Assembly (NCBI RefSeq): GCF_021869535.1
Contig: NW_026262668.1
Span: 123,442,001-123,506,000, forward strand
From: Mytilus californianus
Taxonomy: Eukaryota
DNA length: 64,000 nucleotides
Direction of reading: 5' to 3'
A program made the translations under genes and the position numbers. Shown here one piece after another: positions 1 through 13,784 of the stretch (position 1 is its first letter; the number at the start of each line of letters is the position of its first letter). The notes below the pieces were generated by a model. It did not search any database and was not told the origin of the DNA. It saw only the letters and a program-made list of their open reading frames with translations.

Positions 1-759
1 ACGTCAAATTCTTTCAAAACAGTTTTAAGATTCCTCATGAAAATCTGAATTGAGATTTATAAAGAAAGAGGATGGTCCAATTTTCTTGGTACTTGTTTCA
101 CTCTCAGAGTCACAATGTAAAAGTTGTCAAATCCTACTGGAATTCAAATATAAGAGTATTTATCATATTCTTTACAATTTTCCAACATATTTCTATCAAA
201 CTAGAAATATAATTCAGTGCTATTGATGTTGCAGGTATTTTGATACAAAACTGCGTATTTTAAATATTTTTTTTTTAATTTTGCATCGAAGGATTTCAAT
301 ATTCAACACGAAATATTGCATTTAAAAAAGACAATATATAATTTCGCTTCCAACATAACTTTGGTTTTGGTTGATAACGTGCTTCTCATACATTTTTGGA
401 TAAATACACAAATGTATAAGTGCTTCTTACACATTTTTGGATAAATACGCAAATTCTGTGCTATCTCCAGGCATTTATAATTTGGTTATCTAATTAGAAT
501 TAGCCATAATATTGTAAGTACCTCAAAGTACACACACGAAGCTCTGCAGATAACTGTCAATTTAGATAAAGTTTGATAGAAAGACTTCTTAATAATGGCA
601 GCTATTGAGAAATAAATTAGGGGAAAATTGGCCCTACCTCATTGATTTTAAAGTCAAATCAACCTTTATTATGAATACGCATACACTCACGCAATAAAGA
701 CATATTGTTTAAAAAGAACTCTCTTTACTACAAGTCATTACAAGCCCTTAGTCTTTAAA

Positions 760-1340
760 TATAATAATACTTTATTTCCGTAAGGAAATACAGCTTATCG
801 GATTTACACAATAAAAATATCCAATAAAAAATATGCAGCATAATATAATATTTATATACAAATTATACAAATAATGAAAGAATGAAGCGGAATATGATAA
901 TAGTCATATTCAACTAAAACACATTTGAATAATTAACCATTACGTGCTTTTTCTGCAGAAAATAAATATTTTCCCAGGTTATTTAGCTCTTTGACATTTC
1001 TCTCAGATAATAGTTGCATTAATTTAAAAGTAGATAGTCTCTGCTAGTAATAACTCTTGATTTATTTACTTCTAAAATCGTTATAAATATCACATTCTAA
1101 AATAAAATGATACTCATCTTCAATAGAATTTTTATTACACATACTACAAAAACGCTCATTTCTGGCTGTACCAAAATATCTGCCTGTTTCTATATTCAGT
1201 GCATGAGCATTTATTCTATATTGAGTAATAAAAGATCTATGCAAGCTGTTTAAAGGACGACTAAGGTAAAATTGCAAATTATGACCATCAGTGCAAATAC
1301 TGATACATAGTACATTTCGGCGAAGATTCAAAAAATAATA
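760..1340 (-). mobile_element. 3' fragment of an L2/CR1-like non-LTR retrotransposon (C-terminal Cys/His motif plus 3' UTR)
   Basis: ORF 1062-1331 reads ...RYRINAHALNIETGRY...ERFCSMCNKNSIEDEYHFILEC, the post-RT C-terminal motif of this LINE group. An AATAAA-like tail lies near 770 on the - strand. Same motif as 38484-39137. Confidence 0.75.
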
Positions 1341-1659
1341 AACCTTCAGATATATAATTATCTATTACTCTTTATTTAAATTCGCTCTAAAATAATTGGC
1401 TGTTTCTAACACTCTGTGAAAATCAAACATCACTAAAACCATATTTACATAAGATATCTCGTACTTAACAGGACCAAATAAGCTTGTCATTTAGCTTCAC
1501 ACAACTAGATTCGTACAAATCCTTATATACATTCATTAAAATACGGTTTTCTTTTTCTAACAGTCTCAAACAGTAGCTGACCATTTTCACATATCTAGTT
1601 ACATACAACGGCACTCTTCCAAACTCAAAATATACCATGTGATTAACAGTTTCTTTTCT

Positions 1660-1860
1660 AAAAGAGAGGCGAAGGATACTAAAGGGACATTCAACTCATG
1701 AGTCGAAAATAAACCGACAACGCCATGGCTAAAAAAAAAACAAACAACGGTACACAAAACACAACATAGAAAACAAAAGACTGAGCCACATGAACCCCAC
1801 CAAAAACTGGGGATGATCTCGGGTGCTCCGGAAGGGTAAGCAGATCCTGCTCCTCATGCG
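1660..1860 (+). repeat. Dispersed non-autonomous repeat family A (aagagaggcgaaggatac...gggacattcaactcatgagtcgaaaataaac...gtgctccggaagggtaagcagatcctgctcc)
   Basis: Homologous copies at ~4265-4455 (+), ~14860-15090 (+), ~27150-27365 (-), ~28280-28560 (+), ~35370-35450 and ~58945-59010. Confidence 0.8.
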
Positions 1861-3160
1861 GTTTTTGGTTTAATGACTTTGGTGTTATTTTTGTAATTTT
1901 CCAGTCAAGATTTGTGACAATCGAAAAAGATGAAAATTTCATATCTACTATACTCAAAACTGAACACAAAGCAGACATTTTGTGGTTGATTTACTGTTAA
2001 AAGGAGGAAAACATAACAATATATTACAACATGAGAAATGTAGTACATGTATAATTATTGAAATTTTCTCTAACTTTTTTCTATAAATTGGTTACACATG
2101 CAAAGAATATTGAACTTCCCGCATATATGCTTTCAAAAATTATTTCTCAAATTAATGTAAAAGATAAGTTTCAATTAAAATTTTGATACTCATCGAATTC
2201 CTATGTTGCAGAACCAATTTTGTTGGAGATTCGAGACACAAACCCCATCCCACTACACATTACTTTCAGAAGTAATTCCTTTCTTTTTCATACACATGTT
2301 GCTAGGTAGGTGACAAGACAAAATCTCCATTTTTTATTTATTTCTTTTGTTTATATCCTTTCGACTGATATGTTAGTACATGGACATTTATTTTATAGTA
2401 TAGAAAAGTAGCGTAAATTGGAACAATATGCTATCTGCTGTAACAATGTACCTCATATTTTCCAACAGACACCAATATCGTGCGCAACGTCATTATTATT
2501 CTACATGAAATAAATCATAATACCTCGACATCATAAGGCTAAAATTTGTATTTGAAGATGTCGATTTCAAAGTGGACAGCTCGTAAAATATTTAACAAAT
2601 TTTAAAAATTATTGTACATGTATATTATATGATAATAATTCATTGTTATATTTTTACATTAATTATCCAAATTTCAACTGTTTTTATCAAATGAACAAAA
2701 TATGCGATATTTTAATCGTTTGCACGAAGTACACGAACACTGTAAAAATAGTGTTGATTATTTAGATAGACGGAGCTTATAATTCTATCATCTTGAATTG
2801 CATTTATACGGCATGGGTTGTTTTCATACAAAATAAAAACAAATGACGGAATCAAATGATTGGTCTTTCAGCCAATAAAAGATCCGCATTTTCATGAATT
2901 GAACACATACTGTAAATATATGTCATTGAAAACTTGATACTTTTGCAGTTTTGTAAAAACGATGAATGTTTAAACTTTGATTTCTCTCAAATACTGATCA
3001 TAATGTTTAACCATTTTGATAGATATCTTTATTTTCCCGCTTCTTGTTTTAATAAATCTTTAAATTGGGTTGATTATTGACCTTGAATGTTTCTTCTCCA
3101 TTAAATGTCTGTCACAATCCGATACCAGATCTTTTATACGATCTAATCGCAATACTTGAT

Positions 3161-3696
3161 AACCGTTACTTATTCTTTCACTGTTAATTGTCTTGTTATA
3201 CAGAGTTAAGACCCTTGTTTTATTGTAGACAACCATTACTTACTCTTTCACTGTCAATTGTCTTGATATACAGAGTGAAAGCCCTGAAGGTTGTTTTAAT
3301 AGTAGACAACATTTACTTACTCTTTCACTGTCAATTGTCTTGATATACAGAGTGAAGGCCCTAAAGATTGATTTAATAGTAGACAACCTTTACCTACTCT
3401 TTCACTGTCAATTGTCTTGATATACAGAGTGAAGACCCTGAAGATTGTTTTAATAGTAGACAACCGTAACTTACTCTTTTACTGCCAATTGTCTTGATTA
3501 TACATTGTGAAGGTTTATGGAGATTGTTTTAATAGTAGACAACCTTTACTTACTCTTTCACTGTCAATTGTCTTGATATACAGAGTGAAGACCCTGAAGA
3601 TTGTTTTAATAGTAGACTACCGTTACTTACTCTTTCACTGTCAATTGTCTTGATTATACAGAGTGAAGGCCCTGAAGATTGTTTTAATAGAAGAAC
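3161..3696. repeat. Minisatellite, ~77-bp unit, ~7 copies
   Basis: ttacttactctttcactgtcaattgtcttgatatacagagtgaag... recurs at about 3236, 3313, 3390, 3467, 3546 and 3623. Confidence 0.9.
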
Positions 3697-5724
3697 TAAC
3701 TATTTCTACAGTGTTGCAAATTGTTTAGAAGTCTTACAAAAAGCTGCGTGTCTTTTGCGGGTCTGTTTGTCTTAATTGACTGTTATGTTAACTACAGTAC
3801 CACTTAATCTTATAAAACATATACTATTTAAACTGGGTAACTCTATGTGTTATATTCGTTTCAATTCTTTTAAGAAATACATTTTTATTTATACAAAATA
3901 CACTTAGTGCACATGTAAATAAATAATATAAACTAAATATGAATGTACACTGTTATACTTGTGTATACTGCAAAGTAATTGGTATTACGGCAAATTGCAT
4001 TTTATGGCTATATTTTACAAGAACTCAACGAAACATCTCTTGATGATATTTCTTACATGCAAGCAGATATTCAGAAAACATATTCTATGTGAGCAGTACC
4101 GAATTTTCTAAATAAACAATTGAAATATACCAACCTCATCCCACCTTTGGTTAAGTTTAAAGTTGGAACCTATCTTTGTCCCTTTTAGATTTATTTACAA
4201 TCGCTACGATATTTTAGAGCTTGCGTTTCTTTTATTGTCTTCGTGAAAGAGAATTATTGCTTACAAAAGAGAGGCAAAAGATACCACAGGGACATTCAAA
4301 CTCATGAGTCAAAAATAAATTCTGACAACGGCGTATCTAAAAAAGAAAAAGACCAAAAGGGAAACAACAGTATACAATACAAAACACAGAAAACTAAAGA
4401 CTGAGCAACACGAACCCCACTAAAAACCAGGGGTGATCTCATGTGCTCCGAAGAATGCCTGTACAAGGGACTATGGACTGCTTACCCTTCAGATGCATCC
4501 TATTTCACCAAATGTCTAGTATAAATTAAAAGTGGGTTTCGGGATAGTTTATTCCGTACATGAATTTACGGTTACTGGTTCATTATTTCACTTTCATTTG
4601 CAAAGTGCCCAAAACCAGTCAGGAGGTTGACATGCATCTTTGCAGATACTTCAACCCCCCGCCCCACCCAACTTAGAAGATTAATATCGATATGTGTTTT
4701 TAATGTAATCCCGCGGATAAGATTAAGACTAGAGAGTATTTGTGACAGCGATATTTTCCTCTTTGTTTTATTTCGTTGAAATTCAAACTTGATCTAAAAG
4801 CAAACGACTATTGTTCTTCAAATTTGTTAGTTTACATGTTTAAAAGACATTCATCCATTTTAATCCTAGCATTGTCCAACTCTTGTTATCAGATATATGT
4901 TTTTAATTTGTATTATTTGTTTATAGTATACGTGACAAATTTCATTATTACATGAAGTTATGATTAAGTAAGATTACGTAACTCATATTATATCGTTTCT
5001 ATGCGAATTGTTAGTTGGATACCAGCGGTCAAGCTGTATGGACGCCGTGCATTTTACAGTGAAATTCATTGTATTTAGTATAGAACATTTATTTTTTTTT
5101 TTTTTTATTCAACAACAACTAATTGCACTTTCTGCTGTTAACAATGTACTTCACTAGTCCAGCATTCCAGTAAAGAGTCCCTGTTTGTTAATACCAGAAA
5201 TCCAGGGTTGTTTCTGGTAAGCATCATTATATTAAATTAACATTAGTTTTAATTTAACAGTTAAATTATAAAATTATCAGCAATGAAATTAACAAGTATA
5301 TATCAATGGTACTTATTTGTTTAACAATTTACTATATATATCATCTAGCAATAATTGATTTTTGGGTATTGTTTCCGGAAATTTTTCATATTTTCTCCGT
5401 AAACGTACGGGTGAATTGTTTTTCTATCAAACATCTTCCTGGTTTTGAAACAAATATTGTCACACCGGCCATGACTTAAAAAATAAAAAAATAAACAGAT
5501 GTGATATAGCATATTCACAGGTATGTCTGAATTAAAAATTTTCTGTAGTATAAAGAAGATTAAGATTAAATAAATATTTCATTTTTTAATCTTCTTTTTG
5601 TAACGGTAAATAGTCTCGTTATCAATCATTTCAATCATCACATGTACATGTACAGTAGCGGTGAAAGGTAAAATTTATATTACTTGATCAGTTCCAGATG
5701 TGTAATTCGTAAAATTATAGAACA

Positions 5725-6499
5725 TTTATTGGAATTGTTTTGCACTATTGAGGAAGTTATATATAAACCATCGTAAAGCTTTAGTTAGTTTTGTTGACTT
5801 TTAGCAAGTGAGTTTCCCCCCGAATTCTTAATATAACAGGAACGACGAAAACCCCTGTTATAAATTGGTGGAGGACCCGGGCAGTTTGCTTAGTTTCACA
5901 CTTATTAGACAAACTGTACACAAGATCATACCTACGCTCTACAACTTCATAATGGATTACAAATTGAGACAAATATTTAATTGGTGGTGTCCACCTGAGC
6001 TTAGGAAGAAATGCAAGATGAACAATTAGCCATTGTTCGTAGAAAACGGTTACAATCCAGAACGTTCGGATTTTCTTCGGGTCATCATTTCAAATATCTA
6101 CAAAACAGTGAGGTGTTTTCGCTGTGAACAAACAGGACATTTTTGAAAACAATGTAGTGCAGAAATCAGAATAAAATCAAAGAAAAGGCTAGACAGAGAT
6201 TTCGAAAATCTTTCCTTATTTATACAGCGTAAAACTTGTGATAATTTACCTTTCTTCATCTTGGACGGGTCTTGGACGATGCAGAATTTCGTAAAGCAAC
6301 ACGGACAAATTCAATTCTACATTTCCAGGTAAATTTACTTTAAATGAATCAAACCGTTGAACTTTTATTGTAATTGTTTTGCACAATTTAGGTAGTTATA
6401 TATAAACCATCGTAAAGCTTAAGTTAGTTTTGTTGACTTTAGCCAGTGAGTTTCCCCCCGAATTCTAATATAACAGGAACGACGAAAACCCCTGTTATA
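5725..6499 (+). mobile_element. Internally deleted LTR retroelement (TRIM-like/Gypsy remnant)
   Basis: Direct repeats of ~135 bp at ~5725-5862 and ~6365-6499. PBS-like TGGTGGAGGACCCGGG at 5866-5881 directly after the first repeat. Degenerate gag zinc knuckle CFRCEQTGHF*KQC at 6114-6155. Confidence 0.75.
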
Positions 6500-6550
6500 T
6501 ATTCTTAAAAAATATATATGTTTTAAATTACCTTCAATATGAATTTACAG

Positions 6551-6778
6551 ACTGCAAGCTGGATCAGTATGGCGAAAGCTACGATGGTCAAATTAATACA
6601 ACACTTTCTGGACGTACCTGTCAAAACTGGAAACTACAAAGTCCCCATAGTCACAACCGCAATCCCTACGATCATAATTATTGTAGAAACCCATCACAGG
6701 ATTATCCAGGCCCATGGTGTTACACAACAGACAGTGATGTTCGATTTGAATACTGCCCTGTCTACTTTTGTGGAACAA
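6551..6778 (+). CDS. Kringle/LDLa membrane protein, exon encoding kringle domain 1
   Basis: tttacag|...|gtaagt, 228 nt, phase 1-1. Translation DCKLDQYGESYDGQINTTLSGRTCQNWKLQSPHSH...NYCRNPSQDYPGPWCYTTDSDVRFEYCPVYFCGT has the six kringle Cys and the NYCRNP/GPWCYT motifs. Not in the ORF track in this frame. Confidence 0.92.
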
Positions 6779-7629
6779 GTAAGTATGTTGTCCTGAAATG
6801 GGCATTAGACAACAAAAAAAGAAATGTGATTTAGTTTGTTTCAAACATTTATAAAAGCGAAATTTTCTATAGAAATAATATTTCGCTATCATCAGTCAGT
6901 TTCGTTCATATTCGTCAAAATAAGTTAAAAAAAACATTCCTGGTGTATTATTGGTTTGTAAGTCAATAATTCAACCTCATTGGAATCTGTATTCATTCAA
7001 ACTTTTAAGTTGTCCTTAGTGGAGATTGGTTGCGCAAGTGTTTAACATGTTTTTATTAATAAAAAAAGAAAAGAATGTCAATATTGAAAATTTAAACAAG
7101 GATGACGACAGAAATAACCATTTCGTTGACTGATCCATCCCACAAAAATAATTCTTATACAGGTAAAAAGCTGATATACAGATATTCTAATCTACAACAT
7201 GAAATCAAATAGATCTACAGAAATCGTCATTATACGATTCCATGTGCTTGATTTTCTATTTATATTTATCTTTATGTTTAAATAAAGTTATATGTCCGTC
7301 GGCATTCTTCGGAGGTCATCTCGAATTCTTGATTGATAATTAGAAGGCGTCTAGTCTAAAATACGCACGAAATGCTGGTACATTATAACGATACATTGTT
7401 GATTGTTTCTTTAGCACTTATTGTAATTTGAATATACGATTAGTATGATACAAATCAAATATGAGTTTTGCCTCAAAGCGGTGAACATGAATTTGACGAT
7501 TAATGCCCCTTAACTCTTGTGAAATCCATAGCATTTGTCTGTCTTCTTGTAAATAATGGCTGCACACACACACATTTCAGTTGCACAATGGCTGTTCGTT
7601 TATTCGATTTTTATGTTTACTTATTTCAG

Positions 7630-7743
7630 ATTGCAGTACGGGATTTTTCCGTTGTAAAGATGGGAAATGTATCATTGATTTCTGGCGATGTAATGGAATT
7701 GCTGATTGTGCTAGGTCTGAAGATGAAAGTTTTTGTGATGAAA
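7630..7743 (+). CDS. Kringle/LDLa membrane protein, exon encoding an LDL-receptor class A domain
   Basis: tttcag|...|gtaagt, 114 nt, phase 1-1. DCSTGFFRCKDGKCIIDFWRCNGIADCARSEDESFCDE has six Cys and the acidic DCxxxxDE cluster. Confidence 0.92.
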
Positions 7744-7982
7744 GTAAGTGCTTCTCTGTTGGAAGTTTGAAGTTTTTTTTTTTTATTTCATTAATTGTGA
7801 TTCTTTTACAACCGTAGCGAAAAATACAAGTAACTTCAGTATTGCTCATTTTGGTTACTAATCCACATGCTCAATTGAAAGATCAAATACATGGTCTCAA
7901 TAGACAGAGCATTTTCTACAAAAATTTGAATCGTAGATACAAATATTTTTATATTTCTTGTTCTAAGTCATGAAAAATCTTC

Positions 7983-8310
7983 ATGAAAAACTGCACTGAT
8001 TCCAAAAATAAATTCACCGAGGATGGTATCATCAAAATTCTGTACTTTTTTATCGATAACATATTCGTTGAGTTTGGTGAATTGATATTTTATCAGAAAG
8101 TCGGTATTCCAATTGGTGCTAATTGTGGACCCCTACTGGCGAACTTGTTTTGTTATTATGTAGCAAAATTCATACAAAACCTTTCTAAAAGACAAAACAA
8201 AGAAAAAACATCTTGCAAAATTCTTTAATTTAACTTTCAGATATATTAATGATGTCTTGTCACTCAATAACCCACATTTCAATAGGCGCTTGCATCTCAT
8301 ATATCCCAAT
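7983..8310 (+). mobile_element. Penelope-like element reverse transcriptase fragment (degenerate)
   Basis: ...FYQKVGIPIGANCGPLLANLF... followed, after a frameshift, by FRYINDVLSLNNPHF: the QxxGxPMG and YxDD regions of PLE RT. Confidence 0.8.
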
Positions 8311-8611
8311 GTGTTTTTATCATGGCGGGTGAAACATGCATAGCAGAAGACACTTACCCTGTCGACACATCTGTTCTCGATACTTTTGAAGTTTGTGCGA
8401 TTCCTTCAGATTTTGTTTTACCTTGATTTGTATCTGCTTAATAGATTAATGAGATCTGAACATCTGTGAAATACTGTTGCTTTTTATTTAATAAAGTGAA
8501 TGTTTAGAAAGAAGCCTTGTTAGAAGTGTGGAAAATATTTTAGGTTCCAGTTTTTACTCAATTTTAGTTATCTCCATTTAGTACGGTGACAAGTAAGGTA
8601 AATTTAAAAAT

Positions 8612-11600
8612 TTAATGGACCGAAATACCTCACGGCTAATTTTTGTCTTATTTTGAAGATAAATATAATGCCCTTTGATTAAGGCATGTCGTAGAGTGCC
8701 AAAGTGGTACAGATTTTTGAAAATTGTGGTCAAACGTCAAAAGAGGGGATTTAAAAAAAATTTGGACATTTTGGACAATTTCTCGGTAGTCCCTCATGAT
8801 AGCTGAAAAAAAATTTTCTATGGAATCATGCTCCGGGAATGCTCCACAAATTCAGCTAATCATATTCATGCCTGATTACCAGAGATTAGTTATGTATACT
8901 TTTATATATACTTGTTTATAAAACAAGACGAACAATGGCATATATAGCAGACTTGACTAAAACCGATTTGAAAGTACGATATATATGTGAATAACAAACA
9001 AACACGATTCACAGAGATATTAAACTACACATGAAGCTGTCTAGTTTTATAATATACTAACACTAGACATTAATATGCACGTCCATTTGAAAAGGTAACG
9101 GAATACTAAGAAAAAAATATGTGGATATCATGGTATGCAATACTTCCGATACAAATATTCGATAGTCATACAAATATATCTCCAATTGATTTGAAAGCGC
9201 ATCAAACCTCGTCAAGGTCTGAGACCACTGGCATGTTTGTTTGTTTGGTTTTGGTTTGTTTTGATTTTGTTTTTTTAGAGAGAGAGAGCTCCCCAACCAC
9301 ATCAAGTCGGAGACCACTAACAGCAGAAAAACTTGAAATATTGGGCATTGGGAATAATAGTTCAATCATCCTCCTTATCGTAGCAATCTTCTAAAACAAT
9401 CCGATGAGTAAGCTGGGTTTCTACAATCACCACTGCCCTGATAACAACCAATGTTGGTGCATGACAATTCTGTTCGTAGCATACGCAAGATTTGCTACAA
9501 AGAGTTTTATACAAACAAGGTCCTGTAAAAAGTCAGAGGACATTGGATTCAAAATACTAGTATACTGAAACTATGGAGCTATTCCCAATATCCATATTCC
9601 AAAGGTAACATAGGTAGTGGTTTGGCGATATAAGCATTCATCCAGACGTACATTTGGAGTGAAACTCGACGAATGTGCTGTCTGAATGATGCATCTGAAG
9701 GAGTAAGTTCTCACTAAGTAAGCACCCTTAGAAAGCGACGACTTCACTCTTGAGTTTATTCAGATTACCATGTACTAATTGAGCATTACTTCTGGGGTCA
9801 TATTGATCAGCGATGAATCGACTTTTCACTGCAACAGATGTGTTAATAACAGAACCAGCTAGATTGACAAACTTTGATACATACACGGGTTTTGTTTCGA
9901 AGCCTTGTAATTGTCTTTTTTGCCACTTCCGATTAAAGAAGACGTGATGCATCCTGTAAGAGCATGAGCAGCTGGAAGTGTGCCAGACATCAGTGGTCCA
10001 ATAACTAAAAAAAAGTTGCACATGTCGTGAACAGGTAAAACCCGTCTTGCGTCTTTGGTTGAAGAAACGCTTCCAGTCAGAAACCAAAATTCATCATGTT
10101 TGACATCTGAGGAAAAGACCTTATTAGAAATAAAACATAAGTGTCTGATGATTTTAATATAATGCGACCCCTGGAATAACTTTTTACCATCTGCTCATTA
10201 GCAAGCAGATACGGCAGAATAATTCTTATATCTGCCTCTTCAGTCACTTACAGATCTAGATCCGTTACAAAATTGAGTCACAGTCTATAGATTTTAAAAA
10301 GATCCAGCTAGGAATATTTCGTTATAGTCTTGAAAATCAAAACCATTGTAGTGCGGGAGTGCATAGTCACATACAAATCTTATCAACCCTTGTTTATTTT
10401 CAGGTGCACAATTAGAGAAATTTCTTACAATCTTTAATTGATCTTCCTTCAATGACTTGAAGAACCTTAGATCTACCACCATTTGAAATAGACCTTGTTG
10501 TCTCTTTGACGCATTCCCCGTTTCCATACTCAATTTTACTCCTTATTCTTTCTACTGATTTTGTAGAATGTTCCATATCATATCGATCAAACACGTACAC
10601 GACACACCCGAAGTGTTCAAAACAAGCTATTATGGTTTGAAAGCGTCCTTGGCCAAATCTCCAAAACTGTTGTACCTTTTAAAATAAAGACTTTTTACAA
10701 AACCCATACCATCTCTGATCAGGGGTGTACTGGTTTTTAATGCAGGGATATCACACACTCAGCTAAATGTATACATTTCCGTATAGTATCACATGAGAGT
10801 GCATTATAATCATTATCCATATGAAAATAATTGTCATCTACTAACACGGCAAAAATATTTATCAGAGAGGTAGAAATAAATTGTAAAGCTGTTGGAATAC
10901 TAAATTTTGACGGAAATAGATAGTAATAATTTGAAATTTCGAACGATCGTAAGCTGTTTTTCACAATTTGTTCCGCATCATGAAGGTTCTAGAAGAAAGG
11001 AACAATATGTATCTAGCAAACTATACGACAACGAAAAGACTTTTTTTCACAAACAGTAGACTTTCTGGTAGTTTTTGGAAAGCAACATCATGCTTCGACT
11101 GATTTGAAGCATAAGAAGCAAGTTATTTTTTTTATATCAGTCAGTAGTTGCATGCTGAATGATGCAGCGCCTTGTCCTTTGGGTAATCTATTGAGAGTAA
11201 ACTTACCACTTGGTAGTCTGTCTGGTAATTTGCGTCATTTAAAAAATAATCGGCACGCTCAAATGACTCGACATGCCTTAATTGCTTACCTTGTTGTATG
11301 ACATTTGTCTGCAGAATAAACATTTGGACTAGTCTAATGATAATGCCATGGAGCATTTTTATAACGAAAGTTGATTTATCACACGCATTGGTTTTTCCCT
11401 AATTCACATGTTTAAAAATGTATTCTTCTTGTACATGTATAGGCTTTATAACACGACCTAAGCTAATTTACCTGTTCTTATTGAATGGAATTAGCACTGC
11501 CTATATTTTTTTGGATTAATTCGGGTGTGTTCCAATGTGGTTTAAAATCAGTCTATTCGAAAAACTCAACAAGAATAAAAACACCTCAAAAGTAATTAAA

Positions 11601-13010
11601 CCTTAATATCTGTACTTATTCAAAAATCTAGACACAAACATTGATACAAATCTGTATTCTTATTTACAAAAATTAAGAAAATGCATATTTAATTCTTGTA
11701 AAAAACACAGCAATTCATAAGTCAGGGGAAAATAGAAAAAGGAAGCGTAACATGACTTACTGAGGTGAATATTGAATAGTAAAACTGCTATATGATGAGT
11801 ATTATAAAAAGGCTTGTAAAAGTAGATTTGTATGTTCTATCAAACTTTGATATATTAAAACTTCTTAAGTATTGGTTGTTCCACTATTTTTTGTCAAAAT
11901 CGACTCAGCTTGGTGTATGTAAATAATTTAATATACTTTGGCAGACGGTAAGATTGAAAAAAATGTCACATGCTATTGAAATTCTTCAAATTCACTCTAT
12001 TTGTATTTTCATATGATATTTAGTTTTGATATTAAATGACAGATGATACATTACTGTTTCATTTCATAGCAAATAATTGCTGATATCTTCATTCAGGAAT
12101 TAATCATAAGTGTTCCCGTGTTTGATAATGAAAAAGAAATCAAAGTACTGAAGTACTGAACATCGGATGACCGCAAGTTCTGGTGGATGGTCACAAGCAC
12201 TTGTCTCAGAAAAAAAATCACATCTCTATACCTGAAAGTTAGGTTAAGGAACATAGATATATTTTTTTCTGAGACAAGTTCCTGTGTGGATGATGAATTG
12301 ATGACAAGGAATTCAACCTCACCGTTATAACTATTATACTGTAGTGATATAATCATTTGTTATCAGTATACTCTGGTTTGTTGTTATATATTATATTAAT
12401 ATTTGTATAACAGTTATATATAATTTTCATACATTTGTATATCATTCTACTATTCTAATGATAGTGCAGTGCAAGTGCATGGTTGACACTCTTCTGTAAT
12501 AATTTGTTTTTCTAATAGATTGGATTTGAGTAGGCATTCATATTTTCACGCGTTTGTTACAAAACCTTCTTGCGATATTCTTCCGCATGCGTTAACACAA
12601 ATTTTCGGTATTCTTGAATTGTTATTGATATATATATTTCTCACGACAAAACATTTTCATATCATTTATCTATGTTCTTAAAAATTATTTTCATGAATAT
12701 TTATTGATGAAGTTAATATATAACAAGCGATAAGGAATGTTATTTTGCACTCGATGATATCCGCGTAATTATACGAAATACGTTCGGTTATCAGTCAAAA
12801 ACGCAAGTCATGTGGGTAGAAATTCTGCGGCAACATAACACCGGAATGCCCTCACGATCATCCGCTGTAAAAATCGGAAAATCACGCTTTACCGCGATTT
12901 TGAAAAAAAACTGCACCGTGGGAAAACTCTACGACAGGGTTAAAATGATAGTATAATGTTTACTCTATCATCGTGTGTATTTTCAGCCGTGAGGTATGTC
13001 GGTCCATTAA
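8612..13010 (-). mobile_element. AcademX-like DNA transposon (~4.4 kb, internally decayed) in the intron between the LDLa and kringle 2 exons
   Basis: 27-bp terminal inverted repeats with one mismatch: tttaatggaccgaaatacctcacggct (8611-8637) and the reverse complement at 12985-13011. TG..CA ends flanked by TTAA (possible TSD, palindromic so ambiguous). Contains a decayed XPG/PIN nuclease ORF. Confidence 0.75.
9300..11090 (-). pseudogene. Decayed XPG/FEN1-like (PIN-fold) nuclease ORF of the Academ-like element
   Basis: Motifs across frames, in order: LIRDGMGFVKSL...FGDLA; VVYVFDRYDMEHSTKSVER; EEADIRIIL...RIILKSSDTYVLFL; WFLTGSVSSTKDARRVLPVHD; HALTGCITSSLIGSGKK. Multiple stops and frameshifts. 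Confidence 0.8.
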
Positions 13011-13556
13011 ACTCTTAAAATAAGCGACTTTTCTTGATTTGTCACTCCACTAATTGCCTATGCATTCTTCTCCTTTACAAACATGCTTCGTCACAGTTAA
13101 GAAATTTTAAAGACACTTTAGTTTCTTTAGGGCAAAGAAAAATATCTTAATTTGCATTCGGTTTAAGGAAGTGTCAACTCATGTCTAGAAATAAATTAAT
13201 AACAAGTGGCCACAACGACCAATCAGGTATAGTCATACTCTTAATTCTAATTATTGTACCATGTTATCTACATTAAATGACTGTTTTTTTTTAACCTTCA
13301 ATTTCATTGATATATATTTATCGTAGCAAAATTCCCCGAGGCATGACCAGACAACCCAATGACTATTAAAGAAAGGGGTGTCATGGATCACAACTAAGAT
13401 AACTTATTGAAAAGCTAGAATTTACTGTTCATAATGAAAAGCAATTAATTGAAATCAAAAAAGGAAATGAGACAGAACGTTCTGAGGCTTATTAACAATA
13501 TATATTTTTGTGTGGTTAATTAAAATCATATATAATGGTGAAAATTATTATTGTAG

Positions 13557-13784
13557 TATCAGAGTGCTTAGAAGATGAAATAGGAGTTTTGTACAGAGGG
13601 AGAAGAAACGTTACAGCTTCTGGAATTCCATGCCAGCATTGGTCCTCAACATCCCCACATGATCACTCGTACCTTTTTAATGCAGAAAACTATTGTAGAA
13701 ATTCAGAGAAAGCAAATGTAGGACCTTGGTGTTACACTCAAGACACAAATGTTCGATGGGATTATTGTGATATACCTGTTTGCT
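13557..13784 (+). CDS. Kringle/LDLa membrane protein, exon encoding kringle domain 2
   Basis: ttgtag|...|gtaag, 228 nt, phase 1-1. SECLEDEIGVLYRGRRNVTASGIPCQHWSSTSPHDH...ENYCRNSEKANVGPWCYTQDTNVRWDYCDIPVC. Confidence 0.92.

Noticed and set aside
2211-5520. Candidate 5' exons of the kringle gene (e.g. ~2212-2272, ~5171-5216)
   Set aside because: AG/GT-bounded, but with no signal peptide or recognisable domain, or with incompatible phase or stops. Left unassigned.
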